Below, one piece after another: positions 17,277-26,052 of a stretch of 32,000 nt of DNA; within the stretch, counting starts at the first letter, position 1, and each line of letters starts with the position of its first letter. Below the pieces are notes generated by a model, which was given only the letters and a program-made list of their open reading frames with translations, had not been told where the DNA came from and searched no databases. This DNA comes from an uncultured bacterium (GTDB taxonomy: Bacteria; Margulisbacteria; WOR-1; CAVSGV01), in assembly GCA_963699255.1 (NCBI GenBank), contig OY969425.1, forward strand, positions 300,001 to 332,000, given 5' to 3'. The position numbers and the translations under genes are program-made.

Positions 17277-17621
17277 TCAGACAGCGCCGCACCGCTTTTT
17301 GAAATCCTCCAGCTGAGACTTGTTCAGACCGATGCTTGATATCCCGTCCAGGCGTTTATTTAGTTTCCCGTCCTTGAAATGCAGCACCGTCGGATAAACT
17401 TCGATCGAATATTCATCAACAAGGTCATCCTTATCGTCAACAAGGATGCGGACATGGCACTCTGAACTGGCTCCCGCGCTCTTGATGAATTCGGGAAGGA
17501 ATTTCTGCGAGTAGGGGCACCAAGAAGCATAGAAGAGGACGAACACGCTCTTTTTTTCTTTTATCGTTCTTGCAAAGTCTTTCGCGCTCCCGAGCAGTTG
17601 GCATATTTCTTTATTTGCCAT
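17277..17621 (-). CDS. Thioredoxin-fold protein
   Basis: VFVLFYASWCPYSQKFLPEF...LVDEYSIEVYPTVLHFKDG; CPYS active-site-like motif. Confidence 0.85.
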   Translation of the reverse strand: MANKEICQLLGSAKDFARTIKEKKSVFVLFYASWCPYSQKFLPEFIKSAGASSECHVRILVDDKDDLVDEYSIEVYPTVLHFKDGKLNKRLDGISSIGLNKSQLEDFKKRCGAV

Positions 17622-17627
17622 AGCGCG

Positions 17628-18338
17628 CTACCTTTTTGTTCCTTTGAATGCGTGGCCGTCGGTGAATTTTGTGTCAATATGGGAGCCGTCGCAGAAAGGC
17701 TTGTTCGACGAAGCGCCGCAGCGGCAAAGGGTGACGCGGTTCCTTGCTTCATACTGGGACCCGTCAGCGGATACAATGGGAACGCATCCTTTAACCCATA
17801 AGGGGCCGCTGACATTTTTTTTCGTATCCTCAACAAGCCCTATGGAAGGTTCGAATGCGGGCTCGATCGGTTTGCCGGTCTGTTTGTCATATGCCACCAG
17901 CCGACCGGAAGGGCAATTGCAGGCTTCTTCTATCGCAGCCTTCTTGGATGCTGGATCGTCAGAATGTTCCGCAAGGTCCCAAGCGCTTCCCATCCTGTGG
18001 CAGAACATCGCGATTGAGCAGAAGCATTCGGAATCGTAAAGGTCCATTCCAGGCCCCTGGTTCTTTTCCGCTATATCCATGAAATTCTTTCTCTGGGCCG
18101 TTTCGGTCCCGTCAAAGCCGATCTTTATGTGCGTACTATCGCAGAAAGGCTTGTTGCCGGAGCGCCCGCATCTGCAGAGGGCGTAGCTTCCCTGGAGCGG
18201 ATATGTTTGTCCCTTTTCCCATTTTTCCGGTTCCCCGTCGCTCCCGATCACCTCTATGTCTTTTTCAAGAGGCAGGCTTCCGGAGACCATATACGGCCCG
18301 TTCTTTAATATCTTTATCTTCTTTTCATTGTTAGCCAT
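17628..18338 (-). CDS. CDGSH iron-sulfur domain protein (two CDGSH motifs plus a middle domain)
   Basis: CRCGRSGNKPFCDSTHIKIGF and CRCGASSNKPFCDGSHIDTKF. Confidence 0.9.
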   Translation of the reverse strand: MANNEKKIKILKNGPYMVSGSLPLEKDIEVIGSDGEPEKWEKGQTYPLQGSYALCRCGRSGNKPFCDSTHIKIGFDGTETAQRKNFMDIAEKNQGPGMDLYDSECFCSIAMFCHRMGSAWDLAEHSDDPASKKAAIEEACNCPSGRLVAYDKQTGKPIEPAFEPSIGLVEDTKKNVSGPLWVKGCVPIVSADGSQYEARNRVTLCRCGASSNKPFCDGSHIDTKFTDGHAFKGTKR

Positions 18339-18349
18339 GTCATCTCCGC

Positions 18350-18547
18350 TTATTTTTTCATCATTCTTATCTTTAAATTCTTGTAAGTTTGCAGACCGGC
18401 GTGGATCAAGGCAAATACGATAGTGATCATTGCCAGGTCCTTGTGCATCGCGAAGCCGAGCCTGAAGAATCCGTAGATAGCGGTCAGGAACAGGAAAAAG
18501 AATGTGGCGATACCCGAGTAGATGATCATGTTGTAAAGTTTGAACAT
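18350..18547 (-). CDS. Small membrane protein
   Basis: 65 aa, two hydrophobic segments with His residues (AMHKDLAMI, ALIHAGLQ). Confidence 0.55.
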   Translation of the reverse strand: MFKLYNMIIYSGIATFFFLFLTAIYGFFRLGFAMHKDLAMITIVFALIHAGLQTYKNLKIRMMKK

Positions 18548-18617
18548 TTGTCCACCTCCGATAAAAACGATCGATCCTGTTGGATATTATATACGCGAAC
18601 AGGTTTGTTTCAAGATG

Positions 18618-19952
18618 CTATTCCTTGTCCGCGATGACCTCGATATCGGATACTGTGTCTATGGCCTTCGCGATCTCGGGTATTATTCCCATCCTGATAT
18701 AGATCGGCCTGATATGTTTTCTTATTTCCGGGAGCCTGTAAGAAAAAGCAGCCGCGATAAACACGCAGCATATTCCGCTCAACGCGATGGCCGCCCTTGC
18801 TCCGAACAAGTGGGCGAATGACCCCGCATAGAGGCTTCCAAAGGGCGCCATGCCGAGAAAAGCCATCGAATAAAGGCTCATCACGCGCCCGCGCTTGTCC
18901 TCATCGACTATCGTCTGGAGTATCGTGTTGCTCGATGCCATCTGCATCACCATTCCGCATCCCGTCAGCAGAAGGAAGAAGCATGAGAGCCGGATATCGG
19001 ATGAAAGCGAAAGGGCTATGAGCGAGAAGCCGAATACCATCGAGGCGATGACTATGGTCCTTAGCAGCCCGACCACGTTATTTCTGGAGGCAAGGTAGAG
19101 AGCTCCGAGAAGCGCTCCGCATCCCGCCGAGGACATGAGCCAGCCCATGGTCTGCGGGCCTCCCCGCAGGATGTCCTTCGCTACCACCGGCATAAGGACC
19201 GTGTAGGGGGCGGCGATGAAGCTGATGCTGGCGAGCGCTAAAAGTATGTACTTTATCGGAGGGAAATGCGCCGCGTAGCTTATACCTTCTTTCAGCTCCC
19301 TGAACACGTGCGACTTGTGCGTGTGCGCCATCTTCGGCGTTATCTTCATCAGGAGGAGGGAAATTATCACCGCTATGTAGCTGATGCCGTTAAGGAAGAA
19401 ACATATGCCCTCGCCGAACGCCGCGATAAGCACTCCGGCGATGGACGGGCCGATAAGCCTGGCGGAATTCACCAGGGACGAATTAAGAGCGATGGCGTTG
19501 CCCATGTCCTCTTTTTTTTCTACCATCTCGATGACGAAAGACTGGCGGACGGGCGTATCGAACGAATTTATCATCCCCAGCAGGAGGCTGAGGACCATTA
19601 TGTGCCAGACCTGCGCTGTATGGGTCAGCACGATGAAGGCCAGCACGAAGGCCTGGATCATTGCGGCTGTCTGCGTTATGACCAGGATCCTGTGACGGTT
19701 CATCCTGTCAGCGATGACGCCGGCGATGGGCCCGAAGATGAACACCAAGATCTGGCTCAGGAACCCGACCAGCCCGAGCAGGAAAACGGAGCCGGTCATT
19801 TTATAAACAAGCCACGCCTGCGCCACGCTCTGTATCCACGTGCCGATGAGGGATATTCCCTGTCCGAAGAAGAACAATCGATAGTTGCCGGATGATAGTG
19901 CGCGGAAGAGATGCCTGAACCTTTTTGGTCTGTTGTTCATGAATTTCCGCAA
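18618..19952 (-). CDS. MFS transporter (EntS/DUF894-like)
   Basis: FRHLFRALSSGNYRLFFFGQGISLIGTWIQSVAQAWLVYKMTGS...GPIAGVIADRMNRHRILVITQ. Confidence 0.88.
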   Translation of the reverse strand: MRKFMNNRPKRFRHLFRALSSGNYRLFFFGQGISLIGTWIQSVAQAWLVYKMTGSVFLLGLVGFLSQILVFIFGPIAGVIADRMNRHRILVITQTAAMIQAFVLAFIVLTHTAQVWHIMVLSLLLGMINSFDTPVRQSFVIEMVEKKEDMGNAIALNSSLVNSARLIGPSIAGVLIAAFGEGICFFLNGISYIAVIISLLLMKITPKMAHTHKSHVFRELKEGISYAAHFPPIKYILLALASISFIAAPYTVLMPVVAKDILRGGPQTMGWLMSSAGCGALLGALYLASRNNVVGLLRTIVIASMVFGFSLIALSLSSDIRLSCFFLLLTGCGMVMQMASSNTILQTIVDEDKRGRVMSLYSMAFLGMAPFGSLYAGSFAHLFGARAAIALSGICCVFIAAAFSYRLPEIRKHIRPIYIRMGIIPEIAKAIDTVSDIEVIADKE

Positions 19953-20032
19953 TTATAATGTAACCGCGGAGATAGTAAAGAGGGGAATACCCTTTTAGGG
20001 GCTAATACGGCGAAAGTGTGCTATAATAGCTT

Positions 20033-20254
20033 ATGCGTCTTAATGTGATAGTATTTCCTAATGCGAAACACGAAAGACTTGTCCAGGAAGAAGGCAGATC
20101 CAGGATTTACCTCGCTATCCCGACCAAAGATCCGCACCCAAATAAAGCGCTTATAAAGTTCCTTGCAGCGCATTTCTGCGTGCAGAAGAACAAGATCAGC
20201 ATAATAACCGGCGAGAATAGAAGGGAAAAACTGATAAGTATAATGAAAGGCTGA
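20033..20254 (+). CDS. DUF167 (YggU-like) protein
   Basis: VIVFPNAKHERLVQ...YLAIPTKDPHPNKALIKFLAAHFCVQKNKISIITGENRREKLISI. Confidence 0.82.
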   Translation: MRLNVIVFPNAKHERLVQEEGRSRIYLAIPTKDPHPNKALIKFLAAHFCVQKNKISIITGENRREKLISIMKG

Positions 20255-20277
20255 GTTTTCCGAGAGGAGGGATGTAA

Positions 20278-20469
20278 GTGATGAATGATCTTGATAAGAG
20301 AGTGAAGAACCTGGATACGCTCGATATCGCCCTGATAAAATGGTCCGCGCTCGTGGCGTGCGTTATAATCCTTAAGCTTTTTCCGCAGTTGCTGCACATC
20401 AGCTTCCTGCTGTTGATAGTGATACTTGTCGCGGTGGCGGCTAGGCCGGTATATAGATTCTGGAGTTAA
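20278..20469 (+). CDS. Small membrane protein
   Basis: 63 aa with aggaggg SD upstream and two hydrophobic segments. Confidence 0.5.
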   Translation: MMNDLDKRVKNLDTLDIALIKWSALVACVIILKLFPQLLHISFLLLIVILVAVAARPVYRFWS

Positions 20470-20470
20470 A

Positions 20471-21037
20471 ATGAACCATGTAATGGATAACATTTTTGCC
20501 AGACGCAGCGTCCGCCTCTATAAGGATCAGGCGATCCCCGGAGAGATGATGGAGGAGATAATAAAAGCGGGGACGGCTGCTCCTTCCGGAAGTAACTCCC
20601 AGCCATGGAGATTTGTTGTGGTCACCGATAAGGGGATGAGGGAGAAGCTGGCAAAGCTCGCGGCCCCACGAGTGGAAAAATGGCTGGAGCAGTACGCGAA
20701 CGAGCAGTTCAAAATGCTCCGGAAACGCCTCGCTTCGAATAATGCCGACACGGTATATTATGGCGCTCCCGCAATAGTTTTCGTGATGGGGAAGGGGCGC
20801 ACCGCGCAGTTCGACTGCTCGATGGCCTGTGAGAACATGATGCTTGCCGCAAGGTCAATGGATATAGGAAGCTGCTGGGTGCTGTTCGGCCAGCTTGTCA
20901 TTGATGACGCGGAAGTAAAGAAAATGCTGGAACTGAAGGATGATGAAAAGGTTTACGGACCGATAATTTTCGGATATCCGAAAGGCGACTTTCCTCCGAC
21001 TCCGCCCAAAAATGAACCGGTGATCAAGTGGGTGTAG
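20471..21037 (+). CDS. Nitroreductase family protein
   Basis: IFARRSVRLYKDQAIPGEMMEEIIKAGTAAPSGSNSQPWRFVVV...IGSCWVLFG...VYGPIIFGYPKG; ATG 20471 preferred over upstream start 20426. Confidence 0.9.
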   Translation: MNHVMDNIFARRSVRLYKDQAIPGEMMEEIIKAGTAAPSGSNSQPWRFVVVTDKGMREKLAKLAAPRVEKWLEQYANEQFKMLRKRLASNNADTVYYGAPAIVFVMGKGRTAQFDCSMACENMMLAARSMDIGSCWVLFGQLVIDDAEVKKMLELKDDEKVYGPIIFGYPKGDFPPTPPKNEPVIKWV

Positions 21038-21059
21038 AAGGAGGATCCTATAGTAGGCC

Positions 21060-21530
21060 TTATTTTTTTATCGTGGCCTTTTCCTGAGCCTCTTTTGTAG
21101 CCGGCTTCCAGAACATCAGCTTTTCTTTAATAGTATTCCAAAATCCATATGATGTCGTCCCTGTTTTCACCGCTGTATCCTTCAATTTTTCCCCTACGTT
21201 TGACACCGTGTTGACGGGGATATCGATGATCCCGGAAGAGATGCCTTTGTTGACGCCGGAAGTGAAATCTTTTCCTGCATTTTCTGAGCCCTTAATCATT
21301 TTATTTACGGCAGCTATTTGTTTGTCTACTCTGTCCAGCTGTTTGTCAATCTTATATAAAGTCGGGGGCATATCCCTCCTGATGTTAGCAAGCTCGATCG
21401 AAAAGGTCGTCAGGGAAGCGGCGAGGTAAAACACGCCAATAGCGAGTAATATTAGTCCGATGGCTATGGGATTCAGGAAAAATTTGAATATATTGGTCAC
21501 GCGCTCCTTTAAACTTGGCATATCGAACAT
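21060..21530 (-). CDS. Hypothetical membrane protein
   Basis: 156 aa, one clear TM (PIAIGLILLAIGVFYLAASL) and a Lys-rich C-terminus. Confidence 0.55.
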   Translation of the reverse strand: MFDMPSLKERVTNIFKFFLNPIAIGLILLAIGVFYLAASLTTFSIELANIRRDMPPTLYKIDKQLDRVDKQIAAVNKMIKGSENAGKDFTSGVNKGISSGIIDIPVNTVSNVGEKLKDTAVKTGTTSYGFWNTIKEKLMFWKPATKEAQEKATIKK

Positions 21531-21548
21531 TATACCTCAGCCCGGCGA

Positions 21549-21824
21549 TTATTTCCGCTCAAAAAGGGTCCTCAGCTCGGTTTTAGCTTTATCAAGGATC
21601 TTTTTCCGCTTTACCGGAAGGTTCTTCCCGGCGCGGTTGATGTAGAAATTGAGCATCGACATCGCGGACCGGAATGGATCGGCTTTACGCCTCAAGCTAG
21701 TTTCTGCCGACCTCTTAAGCGACAGGGCTATCTGACGGGGAGATGCAAGAGTGAAGACGCCCTGCTCAAGGTCCAGTGCATTGCTTTCTCTTGTTACGCG
21801 CCCTGACCAGTATTTCTTTTTCAT
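21549..21824 (-). CDS. DUF3175-like protein
   Basis: MKKKYWSGRVTRESNALDLEQGVFTLASPRQIALSLKRSAETSLRRKADPFRSAMSMLNFYINRAGKNLP; start moved to the internal ATG. Confidence 0.75.
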   Translation of the reverse strand: MKKKYWSGRVTRESNALDLEQGVFTLASPRQIALSLKRSAETSLRRKADPFRSAMSMLNFYINRAGKNLPVKRKKILDKAKTELRTLFERK

Positions 21825-21970
21825 TGTAAGTAACCTCGCGTGGATGATCATATAATCAAGCAAAAATCAAATCAATCAGGAACTGTAAAATAATATGGAG
21901 CTGTGAAAAACTGTTGCGCGACTGGCCGACTGATATTAGAATTACGCCCTACTGAACAGGAGGTGAATTT

Positions 21971-22336
21971 ATGAAATTGAAAATTAAGGATTATATAGCG
22001 ATCTTCATCGGCGTGTTGGTCGCTTATTTCTATCTGGAGGTCCAGAAACTTTTTCTTCCGTATGTTATGTGGAGGCCGGCAATGGTCGCTGCCTATCTGG
22101 TCATTTTCGTCGTCCTTTTCTATATCATAAACCCTGAAAGACCTTATGACCTGAGCAAATGGATGAGCCTCTGGATGACCGTCGTGGCGCTGTGCATCAT
22201 AGTTGCCCTTGATATCATAATAAAGCATATCTCATTGGGCAGGCTCATGCACGGAGCACCTTATATACTGGCCACAACTTTGATCGCTCCGTTCATCGCG
22301 GGATATTTATACGGCTTGATGTCTAAAAAGAAATGA
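21971..22336 (+). CDS. Hypothetical membrane protein
   Basis: 121 aa, four hydrophobic segments; aggaggtgaat SD. Confidence 0.6.
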   Translation: MKLKIKDYIAIFIGVLVAYFYLEVQKLFLPYVMWRPAMVAAYLVIFVVLFYIINPERPYDLSKWMSLWMTVVALCIIVALDIIIKHISLGRLMHGAPYILATTLIAPFIAGYLYGLMSKKK

Positions 22337-22345
22337 GGTGGGACC

Positions 22346-22876
22346 ATGCTGCCGATAGGGCCGTTAATGATCGAGCACAGGCTGATTGAGAGAATGATCA
22401 GGCTGATGGATAAGGAACTACAGAAGATAGAGAAAAATAATACCGTTAATACCGGCTTTATCGATGTAGCTGTTGATTTTTTGCGGTCATACGCGGACAG
22501 GTGCCATCACGGGAAAGAAGAAGATATCCTTTTCAGGGACCTTTCAAAAAAGCAGATCTCGACCGAACACAACAACATAATGGAAGAGCTGCTGAAGGAG
22601 CACGCCGTAGGAAGGATAAAGGTCAAGAAACTGGCTGAGGCTAACGGAAAGTACGCCAGAGGGGACAAAAGCGCCGTACCGGACATAGTGTGCAACATGG
22701 AATTCCTTGTCGGTTTTTATCCGCAACACATTGAAAAGGAAGACAAGCATTTCTTCATCCCGTGCATGGAATATTTCAGCCACGCGGAAAAAGACGATAT
22801 GCTTGACGAAGAGCGGGAATTCGACAGGAAGTTGATCCATGAAAGATACGCGAAGATCGTTGAAGCGCTCGAATGA
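22346..22876 (+). CDS. Hemerythrin HHE domain protein
   Basis: GPLMIEHRLIERMI...FLRSYADRCHHGKEEDILF...EHNNIMEELL...EFLVGFYPQHIEKEDKHFF. Confidence 0.87.
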   Translation: MLPIGPLMIEHRLIERMIRLMDKELQKIEKNNTVNTGFIDVAVDFLRSYADRCHHGKEEDILFRDLSKKQISTEHNNIMEELLKEHAVGRIKVKKLAEANGKYARGDKSAVPDIVCNMEFLVGFYPQHIEKEDKHFFIPCMEYFSHAEKDDMLDEEREFDRKLIHERYAKIVEALE

Positions 22877-23133
22877 CAGGGAAATGGTTTGTTTACACCC
22901 TCAGATGCAACGATAAATCCCTGTATACCGGAGTCACCACCGACCTGAAAAGAAGGTTTGACGAACACAGGTCGGGGAGGGGCGGCGGATACACGCGCGC
23001 GCACAGACCGGAAAAGATTGTTCACTTTGAAAAGCTCAAAAGCAGAAGCGCGGCGCTGAAAAGGGAAGCGCAGATCAAGAAAATGTCGAGGAATGAAAAG
23101 ATAGCATTGATAAGAAAAAAGGAAGTTGGGTAG
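22873..23133 (+). CDS. GIY-YIG domain protein (UvrC/YhbQ-like)
   Basis: WFVYTLRCNDKSLYTGVTTDLKRRFDEHRSGRGGGYTRAHRPEKIVHFE. Confidence 0.92.
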   Translation: MTGKWFVYTLRCNDKSLYTGVTTDLKRRFDEHRSGRGGGYTRAHRPEKIVHFEKLKSRSAALKREAQIKKMSRNEKIALIRKKEVG

Positions 23134-23303
23134 CGGGATGTAAGAGGTGTGTTTAGAGGTGAGAAGTGTGAAGATGGGGAAAACCCACATCCAACTTCAA
23201 ACATCTTAACTTACTTCTCATGTCCAATTACCCTATGTCTTATGTTTTGTCAGGCTTTCTCATCCTTGTGATTTCTTATCATAGGATTATAATTTAATTA
23301 ATT

Positions 23304-25832
23304 ATGTCCGATTTCGATTACTCAAGCAGTTCCATAGATCTGGTCTATAATGAGCTCAAGACTTCGCTGATCGGTCTTTCCGACAAAGAGGCGAAGCGCC
23401 GCCTCGGGTTTTACGGTTATAACGAGCCCGCCAAAAAGAAAAGGATCCCTGTTGTTGTTCAGCTCCTCCTTAAATTCGCCAATCCCCTTATAGTTCTGCT
23501 CCTGATAATCGCCGGGTTCTCGCTGTTCTTTGGCGGGAGGATAAGCGCATTAATTGTCGTATCGATGGCCATTGTAAGCGTATTCCTTTCTTTCATCCAG
23601 GAATACCGCGCCGGAAGGGAAGTTGAACGGCTTAGCGAAATGGTCTATACGACCGCGACCGTGATACGCCACGGCAGATCAAAAGAGATCAATATCAGAG
23701 ATGTTGTTCCTGGAGATATTGTCGATCTTTTTGCCGGAGACATGATCCCTGCGGACCTAAGGATAATTTCCTGCAAAGACCTGAGTATAAATCAGTCGTC
23801 GCTGACGGGAGAATCGTTCCCAACGGAAAAGATCGCGGGCCCGATACACGGCAAGGCGCGTTCCACATCGGACCTGCAGAATATCGCTTTTATGGGTACA
23901 AGCGTCATAAGCGGTACCGGATTGGCGGTCGTGATAAAGACAGGCGTCAATACCCAGTTCGGTGAGCTGTCAAAACAACTGGCTGCCATCGGCGTGGAAA
24001 CAAGCTTTGACAAGGGTGTCAGGGAATTTACCTGGCTGATGATATACGCGATGTTGATCATGGTGCTATTCATCTTCGCCATAAATTCGTTCAGGCGCGG
24101 CAATTTTATAGAAGCGTTGCTGTTCTCCCTCGGGGTCGCCGTAGGGCTCACTCCTGAGATGCTGCCTGTGCTTGTCGCGGTGAACCTATCGAGAGGCGCG
24201 ATAGCCATGTCAAAAAAGGAAGTGATCGTGAAGAGATTGGATTCGATCCAGAATTTCGGAGCTATGGATGTTCTCTGCACCGATAAGACGGGCACTCTTA
24301 CCCTTAATCACATCATTCTGGAAAAACACTGCGATGTGGTGGGGAAGGAAAACGAAGATGTGCTGCTGTTCGCTTACATAAACAGTTTTAATCAGACCGG
24401 TCTTAAGAACCTTCTGGACAGGACGATCCTTAATCACGAGAAGTTCGCGGTCAAAAAGTTCAATAAGATCGACGAGATACCGTTCGATTTCTCAAGGAAA
24501 ATAATGTCGGTCATTGTCGAAATGGAAGGCCATCACAGCATCATTTCAAAAGGGGCGCCGGAAGAGATATTCAAGAGGTGCACGCGCTACGAACTTGACG
24601 GCCAGATGCATGACATGCATCTGGGCCTGCATGCCGACCTGAAGAAAGAATATGACAGCTTGAGCAGGGAAGGGTTCAGGGTGCTTGCGATAGCGTACAA
24701 GGAGACGGACGTTAACAGGGAATTTTATTCAAGGGAGGATGAAAAAGATCTCATACTGAAAGGATATATCGCGTTCCTGGACCCGCCGAAGCCGACGGCA
24801 AAAGCCGCGATACAGGCGTTGACGAAGCTGGGGATAACGGTAAAGGTCCTGACGGGCGACAATGAACTTGTGGCAGAAAAGATCTGCAGAGAAGTCGGAC
24901 TTGATGTTACGGGGCTTGTCAGCGGCGATCAGATCGAAAAGCTGAAAGAGAATGAGCTCAAGAAGATCGTGAACTCCAAGACCATTTTTGCGCGGACCTC
25001 GCCACTGCAAAAGGAAAGGATCATACGCGCGCTCCATGATATCGGGCATACGGTCGGATATCTGGGTGACGGCATAAACGATGCTCCCGCCCTGAAAACT
25101 TCTGATGTGGGCATTACCGTGAACAATGCCGTTGATATCGCAAAGGAATCCTCTGATCTCATCCTTCTCAGAAAAAGCCTGATGGTCCTTAAGGACGGCG
25201 TTATCGAGGGAAGGAGGACGTTCGGCAATATCGTTAAGTACATAAAAATGGGGGCGAGCTCGAATTTCGGTAATATGTTCAGCATGACGGGCGGCAGTCT
25301 GTTCCTTCCCTTCCTTCCTATGCTGCCGATACAGATACTTTTGAACAATTTTCTTTATGACATGTCCCAGCTTGCCATCCCGACGGACGAAGTGGACAAG
25401 GAATATATCTCAATGCCGCGCCCCTGGAACGTAAGCTCCATAAAGAAATTCATGGTCATCATCGGGCCGATCAGTTCCATCTTCGATTTCATCACGTTCG
25501 GCATGATGCTTGTCCTTTTCAAGGCATCCGCGGACCTTTTCCACACGGGATGGTTCATAGAGTCGCTGACCTCGCAGACGCTGGCTATATATGTAATAAG
25601 GACGGGGAAGATCCCCTTTATTCAAAGCCTCCCCAGCAGGCCGCTGATATTTACGACCCTTCTGATAGTTGCCGCGGGGATCATTATCCCGTTCACTCCA
25701 CTTGCCGGTCCTTTTGGTTTTGTGGTCCCGCCGGTTTCGTATTTTGGACTGCTATTTATCATAGTTCTTGCATATCTGATGCTGGTCCAGCTGATAAAAA
25801 GCTGGTTCGTTAAAAGGTTCGGTTTTGATTGA
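23304..25832 (+). CDS. MgtA-like P-type cation ATPase
   Basis: 842 aa; DKTGTLT, PLQKERII, GDGINDAPALK; N-terminus and LSEMVYTTATVIRHG region resemble Mg2+-type P-ATPases. Confidence 0.8.
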   Translation: MSDFDYSSSSIDLVYNELKTSLIGLSDKEAKRRLGFYGYNEPAKKKRIPVVVQLLLKFANPLIVLLLIIAGFSLFFGGRISALIVVSMAIVSVFLSFIQEYRAGREVERLSEMVYTTATVIRHGRSKEINIRDVVPGDIVDLFAGDMIPADLRIISCKDLSINQSSLTGESFPTEKIAGPIHGKARSTSDLQNIAFMGTSVISGTGLAVVIKTGVNTQFGELSKQLAAIGVETSFDKGVREFTWLMIYAMLIMVLFIFAINSFRRGNFIEALLFSLGVAVGLTPEMLPVLVAVNLSRGAIAMSKKEVIVKRLDSIQNFGAMDVLCTDKTGTLTLNHIILEKHCDVVGKENEDVLLFAYINSFNQTGLKNLLDRTILNHEKFAVKKFNKIDEIPFDFSRKIMSVIVEMEGHHSIISKGAPEEIFKRCTRYELDGQMHDMHLGLHADLKKEYDSLSREGFRVLAIAYKETDVNREFYSREDEKDLILKGYIAFLDPPKPTAKAAIQALTKLGITVKVLTGDNELVAEKICREVGLDVTGLVSGDQIEKLKENELKKIVNSKTIFARTSPLQKERIIRALHDIGHTVGYLGDGINDAPALKTSDVGITVNNAVDIAKESSDLILLRKSLMVLKDGVIEGRRTFGNIVKYIKMGASSNFGNMFSMTGGSLFLPFLPMLPIQILLNNFLYDMSQLAIPTDEVDKEYISMPRPWNVSSIKKFMVIIGPISSIFDFITFGMMLVLFKASADLFHTGWFIESLTSQTLAIYVIRTGKIPFIQSLPSRPLIFTTLLIVAAGIIIPFTPLAGPFGFVVPPVSYFGLLFIIVLAYLMLVQLIKSWFVKRFGFD

Positions 25833-26052
25833 CCTCACCCCTGTGAGAATGAGGCTGGAGTTGAGACGTGGGTCTGGGATGAGGAATTGGGAATGAGGAA
25901 CATTGCCAACCCATTTCCACCCAAATCCTCACCCTCGACCCACTGCTCATTCTAATCCCAATCCTCGACTTGACAGTATTCAAACCGGGGTGAGGAAATC
26001 TCCTCTTGAACGACGCAAATATATTTGATATATTTATCACTCGTTTAAAAAT

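Noticed and set aside
20107-20493. 128-aa minus-strand ORF
   Set aside because: Overlaps the DUF167 gene and small membrane protein gene, both with good start signals; likely spurious.
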